A stretch of 26,728 nucleotides of DNA from Thermoplasmata archaeon (GTDB lineage: Archaea; Thermoplasmatota; Thermoplasmata; UBA10834): assembly GCA_022865445.1 (NCBI GenBank), contig JALHSX010000153.1, positions 1 to 26,728 of the forward strand, in the 5' to 3' direction. Position 1 is the stretch's first letter; each line of letters opens with the position of its first letter. Both the position numbers and the translations under genes were made by a program. Of this stretch, positions 1 through 8,673 are shown in pieces. The notes under the pieces are model-generated. The model was given only the letters and a program-made list of their open reading frames with translations, was not told where the DNA came from and searched no databases.

Positions 1-106
1 CATTGGGAAGGTCACCAGCGGCGAGGAGAATATCCTCATCGACAACGGAAAACGCGAGAAGCTGGAGAACCTCGGTTATGAGCACTTCCGTACACGCCAG
101 CCATGA
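1..106 (+). CDS. thiL: C-terminal fragment of probable thiamine-monophosphate kinase (5' truncated by window edge)
   Basis: Frame from nt 2 reads IGKVTSGEENILIDNGKREKLENLGYEHFRTRQP* (TGA 104-106). The IG.VT.G ... GY.HF ending is typical of ThiL. Only 34 aa are visible. Confidence 0.65.
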   Translation, partial: IGKVTSGEENILIDNGKREKLENLGYEHFRTRQP

Positions 107-1100
107 GGCACAGTTCTATAGTAGGGAAGGCGGCAAGGTCAGATGCAGCCTCTGCCCGCACTCTTGCTTGATAGCCGATGGAAGAAGGGGATTGTGCGGC
201 GTGAGGGAGAACAGGTCAGGGACTCTGTATTCGTTGATATACGGGCTTGCTTCCTCGATTCATGCCGATCCAATCGAGAAGAAACCACTGTTCCACTTCC
301 TGCCAGGCAGCACATCGATCTCCTTAGGGAGCATCGGGTGCAATCTCTTCTGTCAACACTGTCAGAACTACTCCATATCAAAGGCGAAGTTCGGCCAATT
401 CGACCTGACCGAGCTTACTCCGGGCGATGTTGTGAGATACGCCGGAACCACTGGCTCGAGCTCGGTCTCTTGGACGTACAACGAACCGACCATATGGCAC
501 GAGTTCACGACCGTGGCCTCCAAAGCTGCCCATGTAGCAGGCCTGAAGACGAACTATGTCACCAATGGATACATTCAGGAAGCACCTCTCAGGGAGCTGA
601 AGGGCGTCATCGACGCGATGAACATCGACGTGAAAGCCTTCAATGAGGGATTCTACAAGAAGATATGCGGAGGAACCCTCGCGCCCGTCCTGAAGGCCTG
701 CGAGGTCGCCGTTGAGTTGGGCATTCACGTCGAATTGACATACCTGATCATCCCGGAACACAATGATTCAATGGACGAGATATCTCAGTTCAGCAAATGG
801 GTGGTCGATGCTCTTGGAGCGGAGGTGCCCATCCACTTCTCCGCATTCCACCCGGACTACAAGCTCACGAATCTGCCTCGCACACCGGAGAGGACACTGT
901 CTCATGCCTATGATCAGGCCAAGAAAGCGGGCGCGGAATTCGTCTATCTGGGTAACATACTCGCCGGGGACAAGGATGACACTCGTTGCCCCAAGTGCGG
1001 AACCCGCGTGATTGAGAGGGAGGGATTCTCGGTCCGGTCCTCGAACCTCAAAGGCAACAGATGCGGGAAATGCGGGGCTGAGTTGAACCTCGTGCTCTGA
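78..1100 (+). CDS. amrS: AmmeMemoRadiSam system radical SAM enzyme
   Basis: N-terminal CSLCPHSC...GLCGVREN, DPIEKKPLFHF, radical SAM motif CNLFCQHCQN, WTYNEPTIW, TNGY, MNIDVK and C-terminal CPKCG/CGKCG. Start moved to ATG 78 because the upstream part overlaps the thiL frame. Confidence 0.92.
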   Translation: MSTSVHASHEAQFYSREGGKVRCSLCPHSCLIADGRRGLCGVRENRSGTLYSLIYGLASSIHADPIEKKPLFHFLPGSTSISLGSIGCNLFCQHCQNYSISKAKFGQFDLTELTPGDVVRYAGTTGSSSVSWTYNEPTIWHEFTTVASKAAHVAGLKTNYVTNGYIQEAPLRELKGVIDAMNIDVKAFNEGFYKKICGGTLAPVLKACEVAVELGIHVELTYLIIPEHNDSMDEISQFSKWVVDALGAEVPIHFSAFHPDYKLTNLPRTPERTLSHAYDQAKKAGAEFVYLGNILAGDKDDTRCPKCGTRVIEREGFSVRSSNLKGNRCGKCGAELNLVL

Positions 1101-1142
1101 GTCCGAGAAGGCGGTTCATATCGTCCTGCGAACGAATGCCCC

Positions 1143-2036
1143 TCAAATAGGAAATATGAATAGCAGGATATTCCCGACAACTGTTGTCAAGATCAAGCTC
1201 ACAAGCATCGGAAGGATGAATGGTATCTTCGGCGTCACCCAGACTCTCTTGTAGCCAGAGCTTGCCAAAAGTTCGATGTCCGCCTTCTGATCCTCTTGCT
1301 TGCGCGGCCTAACATGTGTCACGAGCTTGCCGTCCATGATGCTCTCCATCAGCCAGACATGCTTGTTCGCGATCTCAGCCGTATCCAGCTTGTAACCCAG
1401 CAGTCCGAGCGGGAAAGCGAATTCCTTTCGCGACAAGTTCCTTGCCAGGAATACCAGTGGAGTCAGCGCAACGATTATCGCCGCGTTGACAAGGATGGAG
1501 AATGAGAATGGAAGTAGCGTTTCTGCGGCAGAGGTCTCACCATGAATGAAGGGGAGCGATCCGAATGCTGGATAGAATGGAAAGAGGATGGATAGCGATA
1601 TGAGCGCCTTGGCGTCCGCCCCTCCGCGCACGATGTCTAGCATGTACATGACAACAACAAAGAGCATGATGATGGGAATGGCCAATAGGTGCTGGAAATA
1701 CTCATCACCGCCATACTGATATGCTAGCGCCAGGATGGAGCCCAAGGCCAACGCGTACTTGCCGAATGTCGTCAACTTCGCTCTCGTGGTCTCCTCTTCC
1801 GAGCCCAAATAGACATCGGCGAGAATGGCCAATATGGGGACAAAGATAAGGAGGTATTCGATCGGCATATCGTCAACATAGAGTTGGACAAGTATCAGGC
1901 CTAGGCCTGCCACCCCGAGTCCGATCCAGTAGACGTTGGGCACCTTTCTTGTTCTCAGGTCCAAGAAGGAGGCATACGCCAGGACCGACAGGCTCAAGAC
2001 GAGCCGCAACGCATTGATAGATTCTGCGGAATCCAC
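1143..2036 (-). CDS. A24-family prepilin/preflagellin peptidase with archaeal C-terminal domain
   Basis: Multi-TM protein with both catalytic aspartate motifs (SFLDLRTR, GGADAKAL) and the C-terminal VWVTPKIPFILP motif of FlaK/PibD-like peptidases. GTG start. Confidence 0.87.
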   Translation of the reverse strand: MDSAESINALRLVLSLSVLAYASFLDLRTRKVPNVYWIGLGVAGLGLILVQLYVDDMPIEYLLIFVPILAILADVYLGSEEETTRAKLTTFGKYALALGSILALAYQYGGDEYFQHLLAIPIIMLFVVVMYMLDIVRGGADAKALISLSILFPFYPAFGSLPFIHGETSAAETLLPFSFSILVNAAIIVALTPLVFLARNLSRKEFAFPLGLLGYKLDTAEIANKHVWLMESIMDGKLVTHVRPRKQEDQKADIELLASSGYKRVWVTPKIPFILPMLVSLILTTVVGNILLFIFPI

Positions 2037-2221
2037 GCGAATGAATTACGATGTTCGTACTTAAGGTGTTCTGAATTGCTGGCATGTCCCTCTTTTCAGA
2101 TAGTGTGCTCTTGCTCCCCGATCGAGGATCCTGTAGCAGCGGGGGGAGCGGTTTTGAGGGCATCAGGAATCGCAGTTGTGTCTGGACACATTTAATACTT
2201 TCATGAGCAGTCCATGGTTCG

Positions 2222-3196
2222 ATGCGACTATCCTCCTGCAATGATTTGCCTGACCTTTGGAAGGAGACATATGACCTCGTGGCACAGGTGCCGAGAGGGC
2301 GAGTGACTACATACGGGGAAGTCGCGAAGGCTCTAGGAGACATTGCCGCTTGCAGGTTCGTTGGGCTCGCAATGAGCAGAAACGAAGACATCATTAGAGT
2401 CCCTTGCCGTCGGGTTGTCCAGTCCGACCGATTTGTCGGAGGTTATACGGGCGGAGGCCCCGAGAAGAAGATCCAGCTCCTTCGCAAGGAAGGGATTGAG
2501 TTTTCGGGATCGAAAGTAGTGGATCTTGACAAGATATTGTTCACCGATTTCAAAACCGAATACCCGTTGAGAAGACTGAGGAGAGTACAGACGGACCTGA
2601 AACGACATCTTGTCCTCACAGAATTCAAGAAAGAGATCAAGTTCGTTGCAGGAATCGACGTTGCATACGACGGCGACCACGCATATGCTGCGCTTGTGAA
2701 GTTCGACTTCGAATCCAAGGAGGAGACAGCCAGGCATGTCGTCGAGGGGAAGGCCGCGTTCCCCTATGTTCCGACCTATCTAGCCTTCCGGGAAATACCG
2801 GTCATCGAACCTCTCATGGATCTTGTTGACGATGAGACTGTCCTGATGTATGACGGAAACGGCGTGCTCCACCCCGAAGGATTCGGGATCACAAGCCAGA
2901 TCGGAGTTGTCTTCGATGTGCCGACAATCGGAGTCGCCAAGAGACTCCTGTGCGGTGAGATGCCACGTGTCTCCTCGAAAAGAGCAATCAAGGTCGTACT
3001 CAACGGTCAACTCGTCGGCCATGCATTGTGCGGAGGTCAATCGGAAAGACCGGTGTTCGTATCCCTTGGTCATAGGGTATCTCAGGATCAGGCGAAGGCC
3101 ATTGCTTTGAGGTTCTTGACGCACCGCGTGCCAGAACCCACGCGCATTGCTCACATCGTCGCAGAGTCAGCTCGCCGGGGAACAAGTCACAAATAG
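2222..3196 (+). CDS. O6-alkylguanine-DNA alkyltransferase domain fused to endonuclease V (AGT-EndoV)
   Basis: N-terminal ~110 aa: VPRGRVTTYGEVA, R.VG.AM, PCRRVV, GGY, K..LL..EG. C-terminal EndoV: AGIDVAY, FPYVPTYLAFRE, YDGNGVLHP, PTIGVAK, PVFVSLGH, PEPTRIAH. TATA-like TTTAATA at 2191-2197. Confidence 0.92.
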   Translation: MRLSSCNDLPDLWKETYDLVAQVPRGRVTTYGEVAKALGDIAACRFVGLAMSRNEDIIRVPCRRVVQSDRFVGGYTGGGPEKKIQLLRKEGIEFSGSKVVDLDKILFTDFKTEYPLRRLRRVQTDLKRHLVLTEFKKEIKFVAGIDVAYDGDHAYAALVKFDFESKEETARHVVEGKAAFPYVPTYLAFREIPVIEPLMDLVDDETVLMYDGNGVLHPEGFGITSQIGVVFDVPTIGVAKRLLCGEMPRVSSKRAIKVVLNGQLVGHALCGGQSERPVFVSLGHRVSQDQAKAIALRFLTHRVPEPTRIAHIVAESARRGTSHK

Positions 3197-3220
3197 CCGC
3201 AAGTTAGTGGGCGTCAACGC

Positions 3221-4132
3221 ATGCGGATCAGCATATTCGGGGCCGGCTCGCTTGGAAGCGCCCTTGGAGGTCTTCTGGCGGGCACAAACGAAGTGGCGTT
3301 GATCGGAAGACACCCTCATGTCGCCGAGATCAGAAGGAACGGGCTCACTCTCGTAGGCGACAGGAACCGTTCCGTCAGGCTGGAAGCTGCTGAGAGCGTC
3401 AGAGATATTGCACCTCCCGAGCTGTTGATCATCACAACGAAGGCATATGACACCGAAGAAGCAGTTCGGATATGCAAACCTTGGACCGGCAAGGAGACAA
3501 TGGTTCTCACGCTTCAGAACGGCCTGGGGAACCTCGAGCTTCTCAGGGCGTGGAAAGGCAGCAGCGCTTTTGGAGGCACTACCACGATGGGTGCCACGCT
3601 GCTTTCGCCTGGCAGGGTCAGAGTGTCTGGGATCGGCAAGATTGTCATCGGAGCGGACATGGATCCTACAGGGGCGGCGATGCTTGCGCGCATTTTCTCG
3701 AAAGCGGGAATCCCAGTCACCGCCAGGAACGACATCTCTCGTGAGATTTGGGCAAAGGCGGTGGTAAGTGCATGCATCAACCCTGTAACTGCAGTGTTGC
3801 GAGTGCCCAATGGAAAGCTCCTTGACAGCCCGGTTCTCTCGCGTTTCATTCGTGAGGTTTGCCAGGAATGCATCGAGGTCGCGTGTTCGGAAGGAATTCG
3901 GTTGAGTTCTGCTTCGATGTACGCGCGCGTGCGGGCCGTGGCAGGAGATACCTCAAGAAACCTGTCCAGCATGCTTCAGGATATTAAGCGGGGAAATCGG
4001 ACGGAGATAGGCCAGATAAACGGGGCGTTCTGCAGGACTGGTAGGGACAAAGGCATTTCGACTCCGTTGAACAACGCACTGGTAGCGATGGTCAATTCAC
4101 TTGAGAGCGTCGCTCGCCGGCAGAAAGGTTAA
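3221..4132 (+). CDS. panE: 2-dehydropantoate 2-reductase (ketopantoate reductase)
   Basis: Rossmann GAGSLG, TTKAYD, LQNGLG, WAKAVVSACINPVTA, SSMLQDI...TEIGQING. Confidence 0.93.
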   Translation: MRISIFGAGSLGSALGGLLAGTNEVALIGRHPHVAEIRRNGLTLVGDRNRSVRLEAAESVRDIAPPELLIITTKAYDTEEAVRICKPWTGKETMVLTLQNGLGNLELLRAWKGSSAFGGTTTMGATLLSPGRVRVSGIGKIVIGADMDPTGAAMLARIFSKAGIPVTARNDISREIWAKAVVSACINPVTAVLRVPNGKLLDSPVLSRFIREVCQECIEVACSEGIRLSSASMYARVRAVAGDTSRNLSSMLQDIKRGNRTEIGQINGAFCRTGRDKGISTPLNNALVAMVNSLESVARRQKG

Positions 4133-4135
4133 TAT
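4123..4135 (+). promoter_or_regulatory. Putative BRE/TATA promoter of gfcR
   Basis: GAAAGGTTAATAT overlapping the panE stop, 32 nt before the gfcR ATG. Confidence 0.5.
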
Positions 4136-4167
4136 CGTGACACGATGCATTTCCGAGTTGTGGTAAG

Positions 4168-4806
4168 ATGGTTGATGTAAGAGAATTGGCAGCCAACGCT
4201 AAAGTGCTCAGGAAGAAAGGCCTGGGCGTAAGAGAAATCGCAGATGAGCTTCACCTCTCCGTGGATACTGTCAACTACCTGATTGAATACGGAGCGGAAG
4301 GGCTACCTCCATCGGACGTCAAGATCGGGTGGAGGTCCGTAGGTGTCTCCGGATACCGCATCGGGCTGATGTCCGAGCTGATGGCTGATATCGCACTCGA
4401 GGAACTGAGCAAGAGCGAGAAGGATGCGGACGTGGTGCTCGGGATATCCATAAACGGTGTTCCCTTCGCTACTCTTCTCGCAGAGATAATGGGACTCGAT
4501 GTCGGGGTCTACCGACCGCACGCAGAGAGTCAGGCAGGGGGCGCATTCAGCTCTAACTTCGCCTCTGTCGGTGACGGGAAGAAGATCATAATCGTAGATG
4601 ATGTGCTCAGCACGGGTGCGTCGATCAAGGGTGCCATCACCGACATCAAAGAGGCGGGCGGTGTTCCAGTTCTGGCTCTCGTGATAGTCAACAAGAGCAG
4701 TCTCAACGAGGTCGATGGCGTCCCACTCAGAGGTCTCATCCGAGCCAGGTCGATCGGTGGAACGATCATTGGTGGTGGCGCAAGCAAAGGCTTCCCGTAC
4801 GGCTAG
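4168..4806 (+). CDS. gfcR: Orotate phosphoribosyltransferase-like HTH regulator (GfcR family)
   Basis: N-terminal HTH (LRKKGLGVREIADELHLSVDTVNYL), PSDVKIGWRSVG, GISINGVPFA and PRT motif IIVDDVLSTG. Confidence 0.85.
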   Translation: MVDVRELAANAKVLRKKGLGVREIADELHLSVDTVNYLIEYGAEGLPPSDVKIGWRSVGVSGYRIGLMSELMADIALEELSKSEKDADVVLGISINGVPFATLLAEIMGLDVGVYRPHAESQAGGAFSSNFASVGDGKKIIIVDDVLSTGASIKGAITDIKEAGGVPVLALVIVNKSSLNEVDGVPLRGLIRARSIGGTIIGGGASKGFPYG

Positions 4807-6023
4807 AACTTCTTCGCCGAAGCCTTCAATGCGTCGACGACGGGCATCTGCTTTCCCAGCATCAGCCGCTCGAGGGCGCCCCCTCCAGTGCTCACGTAGG
4901 ACACTCTCCCGATGTAACCGAATTTATTGGCCGCTGCCGACGAGTGCCCTCCTCCTATCACGGAGAACGCTTCAGACACGATGATGGCTTCGAACAGCTC
5001 ACAGGTCCCCCTGCAAAACGCCTCCTTCTCGAAGACGCCTGGAGGCCCGGATAGGAAGACGGTCTTGGAGGAGATCACGATCCGCCTGTACTTCTCGATG
5101 GTCACAGCACCTATGTCCTTGATGGCCGCGTCCGCAGGAATGCCATCCAGCTTGTATTCGACCCTCTGTCCTTCGACATCGATGGCTGCATCTTCAGGAA
5201 GATGCAGCTTCGAACTGTGGGCCGACATGAGCTTCTTGGCTCTTTCTATGACCTCATCGGTGAAGTCCTTCTTCGCGAGTGCTTCAGTTCTCGAACCGAT
5301 CTTCCTGCCCAGTGCCCACAGGAAGGCGTATCCCGCCAATCCAGCAATCAGTATGTTGTCCACATGCTCCCGCTCTGAAAGGACCTCGATGACCGGCAGC
5401 GCGTCTGCGAACTTCGTGCCCCCGAAAATGAATGTCGAAGGCCTCTTCGGACTCTGGAAGACCTGGGTGAGCGTCTTGACTTCTCTTTCCATCAACCTTC
5501 CAGCAGCCGAAGGCAGGACCGGAGTGAATCCGACCAATGAAGCATGTGCTCTGTGAGACGAACCGAAAGCATCGTTCACGAAGATGTCAAACAAGGGTGC
5601 GAGAGATTTTACCAGATCCGACTCGGCGTGTTCCTGAGGTGTCTTCTTCGCCTGCTCCTCTGGAAAGTCCCTCACATTCTTCAGTAGGATGCATTGTCCC
5701 TCAGCCAGATCCTCGATTGCGTTGACTGCGTGCGTTCCCATCAGATCGTTGACGTAGACAACCCTTCTGCCAAGGTATTGGCTCATGTACGCAGCGTGTT
5801 CGTTCAGCGGGATGAAGTCGTAGTCTCCAGGTCTGCCTTGATGTGCCAATACCGCCGTTTTGGCGCCTCTGTCCATGAGTTCTCTTATGGTGGAGACACA
5901 TCCTTTGATCTTCGAACCATCCTGGAGTCTCAAGGTCTTCTCATCTACAGGAGAGTTGATGTCTATTCTGAGAAGGACTCTCTTTCCCCTCAAGTCAAAA
6001 TCATCAAGAGTGCGGAACCCCAT
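4803..6023 (-). CDS. pgk: Phosphoglycerate kinase
   Basis: RVLLRIDINSP, AHQGRPG, LLKNVR, FVNDAFGSSHRAHASLVG, AGRLMEREV, GPPGVFE, GGGH, YVSTGGGA. Start set at ATG 6023 (MGFRTLDDFD); the longer ORF's N-terminal extension looks non-coding. Confidence 0.96.
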   Translation of the reverse strand: MGFRTLDDFDLRGKRVLLRIDINSPVDEKTLRLQDGSKIKGCVSTIRELMDRGAKTAVLAHQGRPGDYDFIPLNEHAAYMSQYLGRRVVYVNDLMGTHAVNAIEDLAEGQCILLKNVRDFPEEQAKKTPQEHAESDLVKSLAPLFDIFVNDAFGSSHRAHASLVGFTPVLPSAAGRLMEREVKTLTQVFQSPKRPSTFIFGGTKFADALPVIEVLSEREHVDNILIAGLAGYAFLWALGRKIGSRTEALAKKDFTDEVIERAKKLMSAHSSKLHLPEDAAIDVEGQRVEYKLDGIPADAAIKDIGAVTIEKYRRIVISSKTVFLSGPPGVFEKEAFCRGTCELFEAIIVSEAFSVIGGGHSSAAANKFGYIGRVSYVSTGGGALERLMLGKQMPVVDALKASAKKF

Positions 6024-6178
6024 TCCGCTGATTGTCTTCTTTCCCGCAGACCCAAGGTCATTAGCATGAGGATGGCGCAAACAACCTGAGTCGTCCGAGT
6101 TCTCTCCCAAAGCCCAAACCCCCGTCCGAGTGGATGCCCGACAGTCGGACCGCTTCCGCCCATTGTCCTAGATTGAGC

Positions 6179-6225
6179 GAACGGTATAAATGAGTGCCGA
6201 AGCTAACACGGTCGAAAGTATTTAG
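6179..6225 (+). promoter_or_regulatory. Two tandem BRE/TATA-like elements upstream of the CBS-HPF gene
   Basis: GAACGGTATAAATG (6179-6192) and GAAAGTATTTAG (6214-6225). Confidence 0.45.
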
Positions 6226-6290
6226 ATGGAGAACACACTTAGCAGAAATGAAATGGAATTCGGCCGTGTTTTTGCACCGCGGGATCCTGA

Positions 6291-7460
6291 ATGGATGTGT
6301 TGGATTTGAAGGGAATTGAGATCGAGGAGCTTCTAGTCAAGGACGTTATGAGTTCGTCTGCTGTGACAGCCACCAAAGGAGAGACCCTGTCCGAAGTCAT
6401 CTCCCGGATGAAGAAAGACCACCTCAGGGAGATCCCTGTTTTGGAGGGGAACAAGCCCGTCGGTCTAGTAAGCTATTCGTCCTTTCTTCTAAGGAGGAGC
6501 CTGCCGTTGTCGACGAAGGTCGAACAGGTCATGCATCCAGCACCGAGGCTTGAGGAAGATATGCCAATCACCAAAGCTGTTGAAGAAATGATGGCTTCCG
6601 GAGTTATGGGCGCTCCTGTTGTGAGGAACGAGAAGATGGTTGGTTTTGTTTCGAGAACAGACATCATCAAGGTGCTTCCAAATGTGGAGCAGCTCAAGAA
6701 CAAGAAGGTCTCGGAGTTCATGACCAAGAACCCTCAATTCGTCACCGAAAAGGAGGGCGTTCGCAGGGCGCAGATGCTGATGAAAGGCCTGATGGAGAAA
6801 TCGCTCCCCGTTGTCGATAGTAGCGGCAGACTGGTCGGTGCCGTGAGCATGCACGAAGTCATGGATATCATCTGGTCGCCTAAGTCCTCAAAGCCATACA
6901 ATGAACTAGTCGGAAGTGACAAGGAACCTCCTGACATCGCTGTCGGCAGCATCATGAGCCAGCCTGCGATTTCAGTCTCACCCAGTGACTCCATCGGCAA
7001 GGTCGCGTCGCTCATGCTGGAGAAGGGTCTGGCAACCATCTTCGTACACGAGGGAGAGAGGCTCGTGGGAGTGGTATCGCAAGCAGACCTCATGGAGCAG
7101 GTCATCAGCCTCAAGAAGAGAGAGGGTGTATATGTCCAGATCACCGGGCTCGTCGAGGAGGATCCTGACGTATACAATGTACTCTACGATGAGATCGAGA
7201 AAGCGATGAATCGAATCGACAAGATACAGTTCCCGCGCGTTTTCACCGTGCACATCCAGACCTACCACTCTGAGGGAATGAGGAGCAAGTACAGCATTCA
7301 TGGCAGGCTGACGACGGATCGGAGCATGTACTACGCTAGCCAAACGGACTGGAACCTCTACAAGACGATGGATGCGCTGCTCAATCAGCTAGAGAAGACC
7401 GTGAAGCGCGAGCATGAGAAGACCTTGGACTTGAGGAAGAAGAAGGCGACGGAGCTATAG
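6291..7460 (+). CDS. Four-CBS-domain protein with C-terminal HPF/RaiA-like domain; putative archaeal ribosome hibernation factor (Hib-like)
   Basis: Four CBS repeats (V.DVM...P V...GxVS pattern at residues ~14, ~75, ~138, ~217). From residue 280 (nt 7128) there is a beta-alpha-beta-beta-beta-alpha segment: VYVQITG / YDEIEKAMNRIDK / FTVHI / YSIHGRL / YYASQTDWNLYKTMDALLNQLEK. Confidence 0.78.
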   Translation: MDVLDLKGIEIEELLVKDVMSSSAVTATKGETLSEVISRMKKDHLREIPVLEGNKPVGLVSYSSFLLRRSLPLSTKVEQVMHPAPRLEEDMPITKAVEEMMASGVMGAPVVRNEKMVGFVSRTDIIKVLPNVEQLKNKKVSEFMTKNPQFVTEKEGVRRAQMLMKGLMEKSLPVVDSSGRLVGAVSMHEVMDIIWSPKSSKPYNELVGSDKEPPDIAVGSIMSQPAISVSPSDSIGKVASLMLEKGLATIFVHEGERLVGVVSQADLMEQVISLKKREGVYVQITGLVEEDPDVYNVLYDEIEKAMNRIDKIQFPRVFTVHIQTYHSEGMRSKYSIHGRLTTDRSMYYASQTDWNLYKTMDALLNQLEKTVKREHEKTLDLRKKKATEL

Positions 7461-8462
7461 CTTCCAATACTTGGAAGCAATCTGCTTGCACCTAACGATA
7501 GTCCCTCTCCCAAGGCAGCTGTTGTCGATGATGTCCGTGAACTCCAGGGGAACCTCGATTCCCTCGGATCTCCCGATGACGCCCGCCACAACCTCCGAAA
7601 GTGCTTGGACATCGTAGCCGCCCTCCAACATGAACGTGATGCGTTTTCCGCATATCTTCGAAAGCTTGATCAGCTGCTCAGCCTGCCTGACATGCCCCTC
7701 AGAGGAGAGAGTCAGCGATGCCAGGGGGTCGCGGTAGTGCGTGTCCATTCCCCAGCTGACGAGCATCGCATCTGGCTTGAACTGACTCACAACCGGTTTG
7801 ATGATTTCCTCGAACGCCACGTCGAACGTAGAGTCGCCGCACCCGGACTGGAAGGGCATGTTCACGTTGTAGCCTTCGCCTTCACCCTTTCCGACATATT
7901 CCACAGGCCCCGTCCCTGGGAATATTCCTGCTTGGTGCGTTGAGATGTAGAGGATTGTGGGATCGAACGCGAAGATCTCTTGGGTGCCATTGCCATGATG
8001 GACATCGACATCCACGATCGCGATCTTCTTGTCACCCATCTTCTGGAGGGATCTTGCGGCAATCGATATGTTGTTGAAGTAGCAGAAGCCCATGCCGTAG
8101 TCCTTGCCCGCATGGTGGCCTGGTGGACGGGTGAGTGCAAATGTGGGCTTTCCATGCTCCTTCGAATACTTTGCAGCGTCGACAGCACACTCCGCGGAAA
8201 GAGCCGCGATTCCGTATGTCTCGTGATGGACTTGCGTGTCAAGCGTGAGGCTGCAGTCACCACAGGTTCTGATGTAGTTAACGTAGTCGTCGCTATGAAC
8301 CAAAAGCAGTGTTTCCAATCTTCCGGTCTTTGATGGAATCACATTCTTCCAGAGGCCATGCTCTTTTAGCTTTTGCACGATGCCTCTGAGTCTCTCGGGA
8401 GACTCGGGGTGGAAAGGATCCTGAACGTGACCCAAGAACTCATCGTTGAAGAAGATGGTCAC
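7455..8462 (-). CDS. Zn-dependent histone deacetylase-family protein (AcuC/acetylpolyamine amidohydrolase-like)
   Basis: HPESPERL, RPPGHHAG...GFCYFNN, DVDVHHGNGTQ, GMDTH..DPL, LEGGY. GTG start. Confidence 0.93.
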   Translation of the reverse strand: MTIFFNDEFLGHVQDPFHPESPERLRGIVQKLKEHGLWKNVIPSKTGRLETLLLVHSDDYVNYIRTCGDCSLTLDTQVHHETYGIAALSAECAVDAAKYSKEHGKPTFALTRPPGHHAGKDYGMGFCYFNNISIAARSLQKMGDKKIAIVDVDVHHGNGTQEIFAFDPTILYISTHQAGIFPGTGPVEYVGKGEGEGYNVNMPFQSGCGDSTFDVAFEEIIKPVVSQFKPDAMLVSWGMDTHYRDPLASLTLSSEGHVRQAEQLIKLSKICGKRITFMLEGGYDVQALSEVVAGVIGRSEGIEVPLEFTDIIDNSCLGRGTIVRCKQIASKYWKL

Positions 8463-8485
8463 ACATGCCTCAAGCTAGCTCTCCG

Positions 8486-8499
8486 TAGATAAGCGTTTC
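8486..8499 (-). promoter_or_regulatory. Putative BRE/TATA promoter of the deacetylase gene (near-leaderless)
   Basis: Minus strand GAAACGCTTATCTA, ending 23 nt before the GTG. Confidence 0.5.
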
Positions 8500-8673
8500 T
8501 CGGCCATGGTACTGTCTCGGCACAACCGATATGGCACGTCCAATCATGCCAGCCAATGCGCGCGGATTCTTCGATTCATCGGTGAGAGAGGTCCTGGCGA
8601 CACCGTAGAGGAAAATCGGAGTTCTATCGAAAGAACTATGTCGGTTCTAGACGGTATCTTGCACAGTGGTACA

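Noticed and set aside
1143-2036. Type IV pilus or archaellum locus
   Set aside because: Only the peptidase is present; no pilin, ATPase or platform genes are adjacent. Stand-alone peptidase genes are common in archaea.
6024-6110. N-terminal extensions given by the ORF track for pgk (also nadX 11001-11072 and the YqgF-like gene 13972-14070)
   Set aside because: The extensions lack family motifs. For nadX and the YqgF-like gene they also contain TATA/BRE elements positioned for the downstream starts.
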